Origin: Armatimonadia bacterium
Lineage (GTDB): Bacteria > Armatimonadota > Zipacnadia > Zipacnadales > UBA11051
Length of the DNA: 64,000 nucleotides
Direction of reading: 5' to 3'
Assembly (NCBI GenBank): GCA_039683575.1
Contig: JBDKRC010000196.1
Span: 1-64,000 of the forward strand
A program made the translations under genes and the position numbers. Positions within the stretch are counted from its first letter, which is position 1. Each line of letters starts with the position of its first letter. Positions 55,306-64,000 of this stretch are shown here, piece by piece. The notes under the pieces were generated by a model. It ran no database searches. It was not told the DNA's origin and worked only from the letters and a program-made list of their open reading frames with translations.

Positions 55306-55905
55306 TCATGATGAACAGACAAGCCTGCGCCAGACATGTTCCACCTGTCTGCGCAACTCGCCCAAATCGCCGTCATTGCCTATGGTGAAGTCCGCAGGAG
55401 CCTCCCCAAGTGCCAGCCGCTCGTGCGCAGCCAGCCGCCGCCGCGTCTCCTGCTCATCCAGGTGATCCCTCTCCGCCAGTCTCCCCAGCCGCTCCTCTTT
55501 CCCCGCCCGCACCAATAACACCTTGTCCACCAGCGGCCGCGCCCCCATCTCCACCAGCACCGCCGACTCCACGGCCGCCACTGCAGCCCCTTCGGCCCGC
55601 CACTGCGCCAGCCGCTCCCGCAGCCGCTCGGTCATCAGCGGGTGTACCAGGTCATCCAGCCGTCGGCGTGCCGCCTCGTCCTTGAAGATCAGGTTACCAA
55701 GCGCCCGCCGGCGCAAGTGGCCCTGATCATCAAAGTATTCGTCCCCAAACGCCTCCCGCACCTGCTTCAAAGCCGGCGCACCCGGCGCCAGCACCTCGCG
55801 GGAGAGTTCATCCGCCGCCACAGTCCGGGCCCCAAGCTCCCCAAACAGGCGCAGAACCTCAGTTTTTCCGGCGCCAATGGCCCCGACTATCCCGATGACA
55901 AGCAT
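55306..55905 (-). CDS. coaE: Dephospho-CoA kinase
   Basis: IGIVGAIGAGKT, ADELSREV, RRALGNLIF, LVHP, IGNDG. Confidence 0.92.
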   Translation of the reverse strand: MLVIGIVGAIGAGKTEVLRLFGELGARTVAADELSREVLAPGAPALKQVREAFGDEYFDDQGHLRRRALGNLIFKDEAARRRLDDLVHPLMTERLRERLAQWRAEGAAVAAVESAVLVEMGARPLVDKVLLVRAGKEERLGRLAERDHLDEQETRRRLAAHERLALGEAPADFTIGNDGDLGELRRQVEHVWRRLVCSS

Positions 55906-55986
55906 TATTGGGCCCGACCAAGGTGGAAGCTGCCCGCCAGGGGCTCGCTAGGACCGAGCCCCCGGCAAAGGCCGCTGATTGCTTCC

Positions 55987-57489
55987 CTACGCCTGTTCTT
56001 CTTCCGCTGCCTCGGGCTGGACGTTGTCCAGTGCCTCGGTCTCGGTATCGCTTTCCGAGGGCACCGAGTCCAGTTGCGCCTGGTTGTCTTCCGGCTGGTC
56101 AGCCACATCGCTCAGTGACAACTCGGTAGCCGTCGCTTCGATGTTCTGCTGCTCGCCGACCGTGCCCTGATCCGGCAGCCCCACGCGCTGCTCGACCTGC
56201 GCCGCCTCGTCCTTGTCCGTCTCCACTTCCTCGCGCCCCTTGCCCTCAGCCGGGATGTCCAGTTGCTGGAACAGGTCGCCAAACCGGTCGCCTAGCGTTA
56301 CCTTGGCTTCCTTCTGCTGGCTCATGTACGACTGGTATTCCTGCCGCTCCCGCTGCTGCTCGGCGGCCGTCAGGCTCAGCGTCATCCGCCGGGCTTCAAC
56401 GCGGATATCGTTGATCTTCAGATCAACAACCTGACCGGGCTGTACAACGTCCTTGGGGTCGATTCCGCGCCGCTGGCTCATCTCCGAAGCCGGGATGAAG
56501 CCCTCGATATCCAGGCCTTCCAGGTTCGCGAAGGCGCCAGTGCGCACTACTCTCGTGACCGTACCCTTGACCATCTGCCCCGGCCGCAGCTTCCGCGCGG
56601 TTTCTTTCCACGGGTCGGGCAGAATCTGCCGCAGCGACAGGGAGATCTTCTCGGTCTCGGGGTTGATCTCCAGGACCACTACATTGATCGTGTCGCCGAC
56701 CTTGAGCACCTCGGACGGGTCCTTGATGCGGGTCCAGGCCATCTCAGACACGTGCAGCAGCCCGTCAACGCCACCCAGATCGATGAAGGCGCCATAGCTG
56801 GTCAGGTTGCGGACCTTGCCTTCGAGCACCGCTCCCTCTTCCAGCTTCGCCATCGTCTCTTCGCGCCGCTGTGCCCGCTCTTCCTCGACCACCTGACGGT
56901 GTGACAGCACGACCTTCTTGGCCCGCCGGTCCACCTCAAGCACCTTCAGCCGCAGTGATCGGCCGACAAACCGCTCCAGGTTCCGCACGTCCCGCGTGCC
57001 CACCTGTGACGCCGGGATGAAGCCGGGAACGCCCACATCTACCCGCAGGCCGCCCTTAACCCGGTCCGTGACCATGGCGTCCACGAGTTCCCCGGCCTTG
57101 GCCGCCTTCTCAAGGTCCACCCACACGCGCTCAAAGTCCGCTCGCCGCTTCGACAGTCGAATGACGCCATTCTCGTCGTCGATCCGCAGTACCGCCACAT
57201 CGATCCGCTCGTCCACCTTGGGCATGTCTTCTTCACTGGCGAACTCAGACCGGCCGATCAGGCCCTCAAGCTTCGCCCCCAGGTCCACACTCACGCCGTC
57301 GGTACTAATGCCCACCACCACGCCGGACACGATATCGCCGCGCTTGACTTCCGCCGGGCCGGCCTCTGCCAGTGCCGCCCAGTCGGCAACGTCTTCCGCG
57401 ACGTTATGCTCGTCTTCATCTTCCGGTACGTCTCCGACAGTCTCTTCCGGCTGCTCGATCTTGGTGTCGTCGTTGTCGTCGAAAACCAT
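55987..57489 (-). CDS. rpsA: 30S ribosomal protein S1 (four S1 domains, acidic termini)
   Basis: VKGGLRV, GFIPASQ, YGAFIDLGGVDGLLHVSE, DPW; ATG 57489 after AAGGGAG. Confidence 0.92.
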   Translation of the reverse strand: MVFDDNDDTKIEQPEETVGDVPEDEDEHNVAEDVADWAALAEAGPAEVKRGDIVSGVVVGISTDGVSVDLGAKLEGLIGRSEFASEEDMPKVDERIDVAVLRIDDENGVIRLSKRRADFERVWVDLEKAAKAGELVDAMVTDRVKGGLRVDVGVPGFIPASQVGTRDVRNLERFVGRSLRLKVLEVDRRAKKVVLSHRQVVEEERAQRREETMAKLEEGAVLEGKVRNLTSYGAFIDLGGVDGLLHVSEMAWTRIKDPSEVLKVGDTINVVVLEINPETEKISLSLRQILPDPWKETARKLRPGQMVKGTVTRVVRTGAFANLEGLDIEGFIPASEMSQRRGIDPKDVVQPGQVVDLKINDIRVEARRMTLSLTAAEQQRERQEYQSYMSQQKEAKVTLGDRFGDLFQQLDIPAEGKGREEVETDKDEAAQVEQRVGLPDQGTVGEQQNIEATATELSLSDVADQPEDNQAQLDSVPSESDTETEALDNVQPEAAEEEQA

Positions 57490-57659
57490 TAGAGTGAACT
57501 CCCTTCGGCCGCCTTTGTGGCTGGCCTTCCAAGTTGTGGGCGACGGATGACATCGCGTCGCGCAAGGCAGGATGGTGTACGGCCTCAAACGTTGGTCGTT
57601 GGCACCGGCGAAGCGCGCCGGGCCCCGGCAGCTCACGGCTGCCTCTTCAGCGGCAGATA

Positions 57660-60428
57660 TTACTTCCCGACATCCTCCACATCGCGCCAGTTGTGCCCTA
57701 TCGCCACCTCAACCGTCAGCGGCACATTCAACTCCACCACGTTCTCCATGACCTCGCGTACCAGCCCGGCCACGGCCTGCGCCTGAGCCTCAGGCGCCTC
57801 CAGCACTAGTTCGTCGTGTACCTGCAGGAGCATACCCGCCTCCGGGAACCGCTCCGGCAGTAGGTTCGCCAGTCGCACCATGGCGACCTTCACGATATCT
57901 GCGGCACTTCCTTGCAGCGGGGTATTGGCCGCCGCACGCTCCGCATAGGCCGCTACCTGCCGGTCTGGCGACTGCAAATCCGGCATCGGCCGCCGTCGCC
58001 CCAGGATCGTGCTCACATACCCCTCAGCCTTCGCCCGCGCCACCGTCCCGTCCATGAACTCCTTGACCGATGACAGCGCGGCAAAGTACTGGTCGATGAA
58101 CTGCTGGGCCTCATTCCGCGATATCCCCAGCGACTTGCTCAAAGCCAGCGACCCCATGCCATACAGCACCGCGAAGTTCACGGTCTTGGCCACTCGCCGC
58201 ATGTCGGAGGTGACGTTCTCGGGCAGGCAACCATATATCATCGACGCCGTCCGCCGGTGGACATCCTCTGCCTCCCGGAACGCCGTCACGAGGTTCTCAT
58301 CCCCGCAAAAGTGCGCCAGCAGCCGCAGCTCAATCTGCGAGTAGTCTGCCTTGACCAGCAGCTTCCCCGGCGGCGCCACGAAACAGCCCCGAATCAGCCG
58401 CCCAGTCTCCGTCTTGATGGGAATATTCTGCAGGTTCGGCCCACGGCTGGATAGCCGCCCCGTCGCCGCCACAGTCTGCTCAAACGTCGTATGAATCCGC
58501 TTGCTGATGGGGTCTAGCTCCCGCAGCAGCGCATCCACATATGTTGACCGCAGCTTCGAAAGCTCGCGATACTCAAGTATCTTGGCAACTACGACATTCT
58601 CTTCCGCCAGTTCCTCCAACACCGCCGCACTCGTTGACCACCCGGTCTTTGTCTTCTTGCCCTTCGCCAGGCACAGGTTGCCAAACAGCACTTCCCCGAC
58701 CTGCTTGGGCGAATCGAGGTTGAACTCGCACCCCGCCAGCGTGTAGACCTCGTCCACCAGCGCTTCGATCTGGGTCGTCAGCGTCTCCCCAAGCTCCTGA
58801 AGCTGCGCCACGTCCACCGCGATACCCCGCGCCTCCATCTCCGCCAGCACCGCTGCCAGCGGCATTTCCACGTTTTCAAAGATATCCAGCAGTTCGAGTT
58901 GCCCAAGCTGCCCCAATACCACGTCTCGAAGCCGCTCCACCGCCATTGCCTCAACGGCCGGCCTGACCTGCCACACCGGCAAGTCCCCCGGCAGATCAAC
59001 ATCCTTGTCGGGCACCCACCAGCCTAACTCCCCCGCCGCCGTCAGCATGATGCTGTGGTCTGGCCGCTGTGGCGCAACAAGGTAATCAGCCACCTCAGCA
59101 TCAAAAGCATACCCCCGTAGCGTCACGCCAAACCTCAGCAACAGCCGCGCCGCTTCCTTCAGGCGCGATCCCCACTTGGCCACCGCCGCATCCCCCAGCA
59201 CCGCTGCCAGGCACTCCGGCAGTTCCGGCTCCTCCTCATCAAACAGGCTCGCCGTAGGCGCGCTGGCCTTCTTGCCGTGTCTGGACTGTAGGGCGGGGCT
59301 TGGCGATGTCTGCATCGCAGCTCGTACCCCGCCGCTGCCGTGCTGTAGGGCGGGGGCTCGTACCCCGCCGTCGGGATCTCCCTCCGGCATCAACCACACC
59401 CAGACCTCTTCGGGCGCAGCCGTCAGTGCCAGTCCCGTCCGCCCCTTTGGCCCCAGCAGCGGCGCCAGGGTCAAATGCCCAACCTGCCGCGCCCGGTCGC
59501 ATAGTGCCACCAGGTCCTCGCTCTCGGCCATGTGGATGGTGCCCTGCCAGTCGGCCCCCCAGTGCCCCGTCCGCTCCAGCAGGTTGCCAAACTCGAGACG
59601 TGCGAACAGCCGCCGCGCTTCCATCGCCCGTGGCCCTGGCCACTTGAGCTGCTCAAGCGTCAGTTCCACCGGCACCTTGGTATCAATTCGCGCCAGTTGC
59701 CGCCCCAGCATTGCCAGCTCTTTGCCATCGGTCAGCTTCCGCCGCAGCGATTCCTGCTTTACCCCCTCCAGCCCGTCGTAGATGCCCTGCAGGCTCCCGA
59801 ACTCCTGCAGCAGCTTCGCCGCGCCCACTGGTCCGATGCCTGCGATACCCGGGATGTTGTCGGAAGCATCCCCGGACAGGGCCTTCATGTCGGGAATCTG
59901 CTCGGGACCGATCCCATACTGCTCTCGGACCGCTTCCTCATCGTAAAGCTTGGTGTCCTTCATCCCCTTGATGCTCGCCAGTACCCTGATGCCGGGCCGG
60001 ATAAGCTGCACCATGTCCCGGTCGCTGCTGACGATCAGGACCTCCTGCCCCTGCTCCTGCGCCCGCAGAGCCATCGTTCCGATGACGTCGTCGGCCTCAT
60101 AGCCGGGCATCTCCAGCCGCGCCAACCCCAGCGCGTCAGCCATCTCTCGCGCCAGCCCCATCTGCGCCCCCAATTCGTCAGCCATCTCCGGACGATGTGC
60201 CTTGTACTGCTCATCCATCTCGTGTCGGAAGGTCTTGCCCGGGGGATCGAACGCCACGAGGACCCGCTCCGGCTTCTCGCTCTCCAAAAGTGGCAGAACC
60301 ATCTGTACGAAGCCGTAGACAGCCCCGGTGGGCTGTCCAGTCGAGCTGGAAAGCGGCGGCAAAGCATGAAAAGCCCGGTGTACCAGGCTATTGCCGTCTA
60401 TTAACACCAACTTGCTACTCAATACCAA
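57660..60428 (-). CDS. polA: DNA polymerase I
   Basis: LIDGNSL..RAFHA, YEADD, GDASDNIPG, TGRLSS, PNLQNIP, ADYSQIELR, LLQVHDEL. Confidence 0.97.
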   Translation of the reverse strand: MVLSSKLVLIDGNSLVHRAFHALPPLSSSTGQPTGAVYGFVQMVLPLLESEKPERVLVAFDPPGKTFRHEMDEQYKAHRPEMADELGAQMGLAREMADALGLARLEMPGYEADDVIGTMALRAQEQGQEVLIVSSDRDMVQLIRPGIRVLASIKGMKDTKLYDEEAVREQYGIGPEQIPDMKALSGDASDNIPGIAGIGPVGAAKLLQEFGSLQGIYDGLEGVKQESLRRKLTDGKELAMLGRQLARIDTKVPVELTLEQLKWPGPRAMEARRLFARLEFGNLLERTGHWGADWQGTIHMAESEDLVALCDRARQVGHLTLAPLLGPKGRTGLALTAAPEEVWVWLMPEGDPDGGVRAPALQHGSGGVRAAMQTSPSPALQSRHGKKASAPTASLFDEEEPELPECLAAVLGDAAVAKWGSRLKEAARLLLRFGVTLRGYAFDAEVADYLVAPQRPDHSIMLTAAGELGWWVPDKDVDLPGDLPVWQVRPAVEAMAVERLRDVVLGQLGQLELLDIFENVEMPLAAVLAEMEARGIAVDVAQLQELGETLTTQIEALVDEVYTLAGCEFNLDSPKQVGEVLFGNLCLAKGKKTKTGWSTSAAVLEELAEENVVVAKILEYRELSKLRSTYVDALLRELDPISKRIHTTFEQTVAATGRLSSRGPNLQNIPIKTETGRLIRGCFVAPPGKLLVKADYSQIELRLLAHFCGDENLVTAFREAEDVHRRTASMIYGCLPENVTSDMRRVAKTVNFAVLYGMGSLALSKSLGISRNEAQQFIDQYFAALSSVKEFMDGTVARAKAEGYVSTILGRRRPMPDLQSPDRQVAAYAERAAANTPLQGSAADIVKVAMVRLANLLPERFPEAGMLLQVHDELVLEAPEAQAQAVAGLVREVMENVVELNVPLTVEVAIGHNWRDVEDVGK
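59286..59369. repeat. REP family A tandem doublet inserted in frame inside polA
   Basis: 59286-59333 is the exact reverse complement of 207-254; 59343-59369 is identical to 155-181; total length 84 bp. Confidence 0.92.
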
Positions 60429-60459
60429 TCACATCCAAACCACTAACCGTCCGGCCGTG

Positions 60460-60560
60460 CTGTAGGGCGGGGGCTACGTACCCCGCCGCTGCCGTGCTGT
60501 AGGGCGTAGCGACGTCGGCGTCGCAGGGGGCTCGTACCCCGCCGGCCGTTGTCTGCGACT
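60460..60560. repeat. REP family A tandem doublet upstream of polA
   Basis: Two CTGTAGGGCG...GTACCCCGCC units with the same GCTGCCGTG linker seen in the polA insert. Confidence 0.85.
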
Positions 60561-60584
60561 TCCCCCAACCCCTGATCAGCCCCA

Positions 60585-60667
60585 GGAACGGGGACTGACC
60601 CCAATTTCGCAACCTCACCATCCGCCTCCGCCAGCCCTCATGCGAAATTGGGGTCTGTCCCCGTTCC
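60585..60667. repeat. REP-like family D inverted pair (GGGGACTGACCCC / GGGGTCTGTCCCC)
   Basis: 27-bp near-perfect inverted repeats (60585-60611, 60641-60667), each internally palindromic. Confidence 0.8.
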
Positions 60668-60677
60668 GACGTAACGC

Positions 60678-61892
60678 CTACAACCCAAACCCCTGGTAGA
60701 CCTCCGGCAACAGCAGCATCGGGCCCTGCAGCGGCGGCTCTTGCAGCAACGCCTGCCCCGCCACATGCTTGAACATGCTGCTCTCGCTGCCCGACAAGGC
60801 CCCCAGCAGCCCCGTGCTCTCGCCGTAATACCTCAGCTTCGGCTCGCCCTTGATCCCGCCCAGCTGCCCGGCAAGCTTCACTGCGTCATAGAAGTTGCCC
60901 AGTTGATCCACCAGCCCAACCTTCTTCGCCTGGGCCCCGGTATAGATGCGCCCCTCCGCGAGCCCCCGCACCTTCTTGATGTCCATCTTCCGCCCGTCAG
61001 CGACGGCCTTCAGGAACTGCCCGTAGACATCCTGCAAGAGCGCCTGCAGATAGGCCTTCTCTTCCGCCGTCATCGGCCGCTTCCCGGAGCCAATGTCCTT
61101 GTACTTCCCGGCGGTCTGGGTCTGGTCGGTCAGACCGAGCTTCTGCATCAGGCCATAGTATCCCATACCGCCGAAGATCACGCCGATGCTGCCGGTCAAC
61201 GTCGAGCCCTGCGCCACGATCTTGTCACACGAAGACGCCACATAGTAGCCCCCGGATGCAGCCACGTCGGTCATGCAGGCCACGACCTTCTTCTTCGTCC
61301 GCAGCCGCACTATCTCCTCATAGATCGCATGAGAGGCCGCCGGGCTGCCCCCGGGGCTGTTTATCAGGATGATGACCGACTTAACGTTGTCATCTTTGTA
61401 GGCCGCACGGATGTCCTTCATCCACCCCCGCGCCCCCGGTCCGCCGCTAAAGAGCCCGCCCCGCCCGCCATCCTGAATGACGCCCGTGATCGAGATCACA
61501 CCCACCTGGTCCCCCGTCAGCGGCACAGACGTGCCACCACCAAGCGCCCCGATCATCCCGATCATCAGTATCAGGAATAAGCCCCCGACAATCGCAATTG
61601 CGATGATCCACAGCCCAAGCGCCGACCGCCGGCGCGGCGGCTGCGGCGGCGGAGGGTAGTACCCCGGCCAATACGGCGGCGGCCCTGCCGGAGCCTGAGG
61701 CCCGGCGGGCGTTACAGCCTGCGTAGGCGGCGGGGGTGGTGGCGGCGGAGGAGGGGGTGGCGCTGGATGCGATTCAGCGGCGGCAGGCGCCGGCTCTACC
61801 GGGGCCTCCGCGTCAGAGACACTGTCCGGGCCTTCCTGAACGCCCTCCGGCTCACCGGTTCCAGGCTCTACTCTCTGTTCATCATCATTCAT
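60678..61892 (-). CDS. sppA: Signal peptide peptidase SppA (S49) with an acidic, Pro-rich N-terminus
   Basis: INSPGGS, AASGGYYVA, TGSIGV, GKYKD, GRIYTG. Confidence 0.92.
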   Translation of the reverse strand: MNDDEQRVEPGTGEPEGVQEGPDSVSDAEAPVEPAPAAAESHPAPPPPPPPPPPPPTQAVTPAGPQAPAGPPPYWPGYYPPPPQPPRRRSALGLWIIAIAIVGGLFLILMIGMIGALGGGTSVPLTGDQVGVISITGVIQDGGRGGLFSGGPGARGWMKDIRAAYKDDNVKSVIILINSPGGSPAASHAIYEEIVRLRTKKKVVACMTDVAASGGYYVASSCDKIVAQGSTLTGSIGVIFGGMGYYGLMQKLGLTDQTQTAGKYKDIGSGKRPMTAEEKAYLQALLQDVYGQFLKAVADGRKMDIKKVRGLAEGRIYTGAQAKKVGLVDQLGNFYDAVKLAGQLGGIKGEPKLRYYGESTGLLGALSGSESSMFKHVAGQALLQEPPLQGPMLLLPEVYQGFGL

Positions 61893-62109
61893 GACCAAGC
61901 TCCTGAGGTAGAAAGACCTCGCCGACGGTGGCCTTCTTCTAGAACCTCAGGCCGAGTGTACCATGCCAATCCTGCGCACTGCAAGCTAAGTGACGTTCCG
62001 CGAGGCGCTAACGTCTTAGCTGACGTTTGCTCAGCATCTTCTCCTCACCGGTCAGCAGGTCCTCGCAACTCCCTTGTACAACCATCACCTACACGGAGGG
62101 GTGATACCC

Positions 62110-64000
62110 ATGCGCTACTTGCTTTCGTTGCTCGCGATCTCGATCTCACTGAGCTCTTTCGCGGCGCCCGCCCGCAATCAGAACCTGCTGCTCAATCCTG
62201 GTTTCGAGCAGGCCACCAAGCCTGGCTCAACCGCCTGGCAGCCCTATAACCTCGGCTACAGTCCCTCGACCACAGCCCGTCACGGCCACACCGCAATCTC
62301 ATGCGCTTCCACTAGCCCCCAGGAGATACGCGGGGCGATGCAGGAAGTCGTCTTCGACCCGCCCCTGCGGCACTCGTTCCGCATCTCCGGCTGGAGCAAG
62401 GCCGAGAACGCGAGCGGCCAGGACTACTGCCTGTACCTGGACTGTTTCTATGACGATGGCACACCCTTGTGGGGCCAGCGCACGGACTTCTCCCAGGGCA
62501 CCCATGACTGGGAGTACGTCGAGAACACCTTCACCCCTGCCAAACCCATCGCGAAGATACAGTACTTCATCCTTTTCCGCCGCTGCACCGGCAAAGTCTG
62601 GTTCGATGACGTGTCATTAAGCCTCTCCCCCTTCGAGCTCGAGGCGGAGCGCATCTTCCCCAGCCTCTACGGCAGCAACACCATCGAGTACACCGGACGC
62701 CTCAGCCTCCCCGGTGCCTGGACCGGCCAGATCCTGCGCGATGGCCGCGAGGTCTACACTCAACGCGGCAAGGGCACCGGCATCAGCTTCAGTTGGTCCG
62801 GCAAAGACCCCTCTGGCGCCCCCCTCGCCCCCGGCCCCTACCAACTCCGCCTCACTGCCAAAGATGACCTGCTGGGCGAGCAGCTAACCATCGACCGCAC
62901 GGTAACCACCACCAACACGCCTCGCCGGGGCTACGTCGCCTGGACCGAGAGCAGCATGAACCGGGTGCTCATCAACCGTCTGCCTGAGGTCAAGCGGGAA
63001 CTGCTCGGTCGCGTCTCCCTCGCCCGCAACGAGTACGAGAGCTTCCAGGTCGCCCTCCGCACCGCTCCCAACGTCGAGCTCCGCGACTGCCGGGTGACTC
63101 TACCAGACCTCACCGGCCCCGGAGGCGCCAAGCTCACATCCAACTGCCTTCAGTGGCAACAAGTGGGCTTTGTGGACATCAAGGACCTGTCACCCTCAAC
63201 GGTCCTGCCCGAGGACGCCGTGCCCGGCTGGTGGCCGGACCCACTCCTGCCCGTCAGCCGCTTCAACGTCAAGCCGGCCATGACCCAAAGCCTGTGGTTC
63301 ACCGTGTACGCGCCACCCGGCACCCGCCCCGGGCTGTACACAGGCCAGGTGACGATCACCCCCGCCAACGCCCCGGCCCTGCAAGTGCCTGTCCAGGCCA
63401 CCGTCTATGACTTTGATATCCCCACCCAGGGCCACCTCAAGACCGCCTTCGCCCTGATGGACGGCTATCTGGAGCGTCTCTACGGCCCGCTGACGCCCGA
63501 ACTGCGCCGCAAGTACGGCGACTTTGCCCTCAAGCACCACCTCAACCCCGACGACATCTCCCGCACCGACCCGCCCGATCTGGATGATCTCGCGTACTAC
63601 AACGACCACGGGCTGAATGCCTTCAACGTCATCAACATGGTAGAACCCCGCGGCAAGCGCACCTGGGTCTGCTACAGCGACCTCGGCGTCTACACGCCAA
63701 CCTTCAAGCAGCAACTCATCGAACGCCTCGATCCCTACGTCGCAGAACTCAAGCGCCGCGGTCTCTACGAGAAGGCCTACGTCTACACCTTCGACGAGCG
63801 AGGCAAAGAGTTCTACCCGATCATGAAGGAGTACTTCGGCCTCATCAAGGAGCGGTACGGCCTGCCGACGCTGACCACCGCTAAGGTGCCCCAGGAACCC
63901 CAGGCGATGCGGGATCTGAACATCGACTGGAACTGCCCGGTGTCTTCCGTCTACAACCTCCAGCAGGCAGAGCAGTGCCGCAAGGCCGGGCTAAAGGTCT
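62110..64000 (+). CDS. Exported glycoside hydrolase family 123-like (DUF4091) protein with CBM-like and FlgD-Ig-like domains; runs off the window
   Basis: Absent from the ORF track because there is no stop in the window. GGAGGGG SD, ATG 62110, signal MRYLLSLLAISISLSSFA; NLLLNPGFE..GTHDW..VWFDDVSL; FSWSGKD..LAPGPYQLRL; ARNEYESFQV, WWPDPL, PGLYTGQV, YVYTFDE. Confidence 0.8.
   Translation, partial: MRYLLSLLAISISLSSFAAPARNQNLLLNPGFEQATKPGSTAWQPYNLGYSPSTTARHGHTAISCASTSPQEIRGAMQEVVFDPPLRHSFRISGWSKAENASGQDYCLYLDCFYDDGTPLWGQRTDFSQGTHDWEYVENTFTPAKPIAKIQYFILFRRCTGKVWFDDVSLSLSPFELEAERIFPSLYGSNTIEYTGRLSLPGAWTGQILRDGREVYTQRGKGTGISFSWSGKDPSGAPLAPGPYQLRLTAKDDLLGEQLTIDRTVTTTNTPRRGYVAWTESSMNRVLINRLPEVKRELLGRVSLARNEYESFQVALRTAPNVELRDCRVTLPDLTGPGGAKLTSNCLQWQQVGFVDIKDLSPSTVLPEDAVPGWWPDPLLPVSRFNVKPAMTQSLWFTVYAPPGTRPGLYTGQVTITPANAPALQVPVQATVYDFDIPTQGHLKTAFALMDGYLERLYGPLTPELRRKYGDFALKHHLNPDDISRTDPPDLDDLAYYNDHGLNAFNVINMVEPRGKRTWVCYSDLGVYTPTFKQQLIERLDPYVAELKRRGLYEKAYVYTFDERGKEFYPIMKEYFGLIKERYGLPTLTTAKVPQEPQAMRDLNIDWNCPVSSVYNLQQAEQCRKAGLKV

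Overview
GC-rich bacterial chromosomal window. It has Terrabacteria-type gene order (ffh-rpsP-khpA-ylqD-rimM-trmD-rplS-lepB, yacL-ispDF, four-domain S1) together with an outer-membrane barrel and TolB-like proteins, which suggests a diderm such as Armatimonadota (inference). Most genes are housekeeping: pyk, queE, tyrS, rlmN, tRNA-Gln, rimO, ftsK, the ffh/S16 operon, ispDF, aconitase, uvrBC, coaE, rpsA, polA and sppA. The window also holds the right end of an IS1202/ISNCY-like element, a hicBA toxin-antitoxin pair, an orphan DNA methyltransferase and at least four REP-like palindrome families. The standout is an ~18 kb co-oriented seven-gene cluster (36984-54881). Three large exported proteins there share a ~430-460 aa C-terminal module ending in a FlgD-Ig-like domain and a terminal Arg. 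They are interleaved with a clostripain-family (clan CD) cysteine protease, two similar CsgG/FlgT-like + hydrophobic helix + FN3 proteins, and an Ig-capped LptD-like barrel. I propose this as a candidate C-terminal-domain-dependent secretion or surface-display system analogous to T9SS; this is a hypothesis. Other notable items: a second FtsK gamma domain inserted in the FtsK motor, a REP doublet inserted in frame in polA, a tandem HARE-HTH-like protein, and a probable AUA start codon. All family assignments come from motif recognition by eye; no database searches were run.
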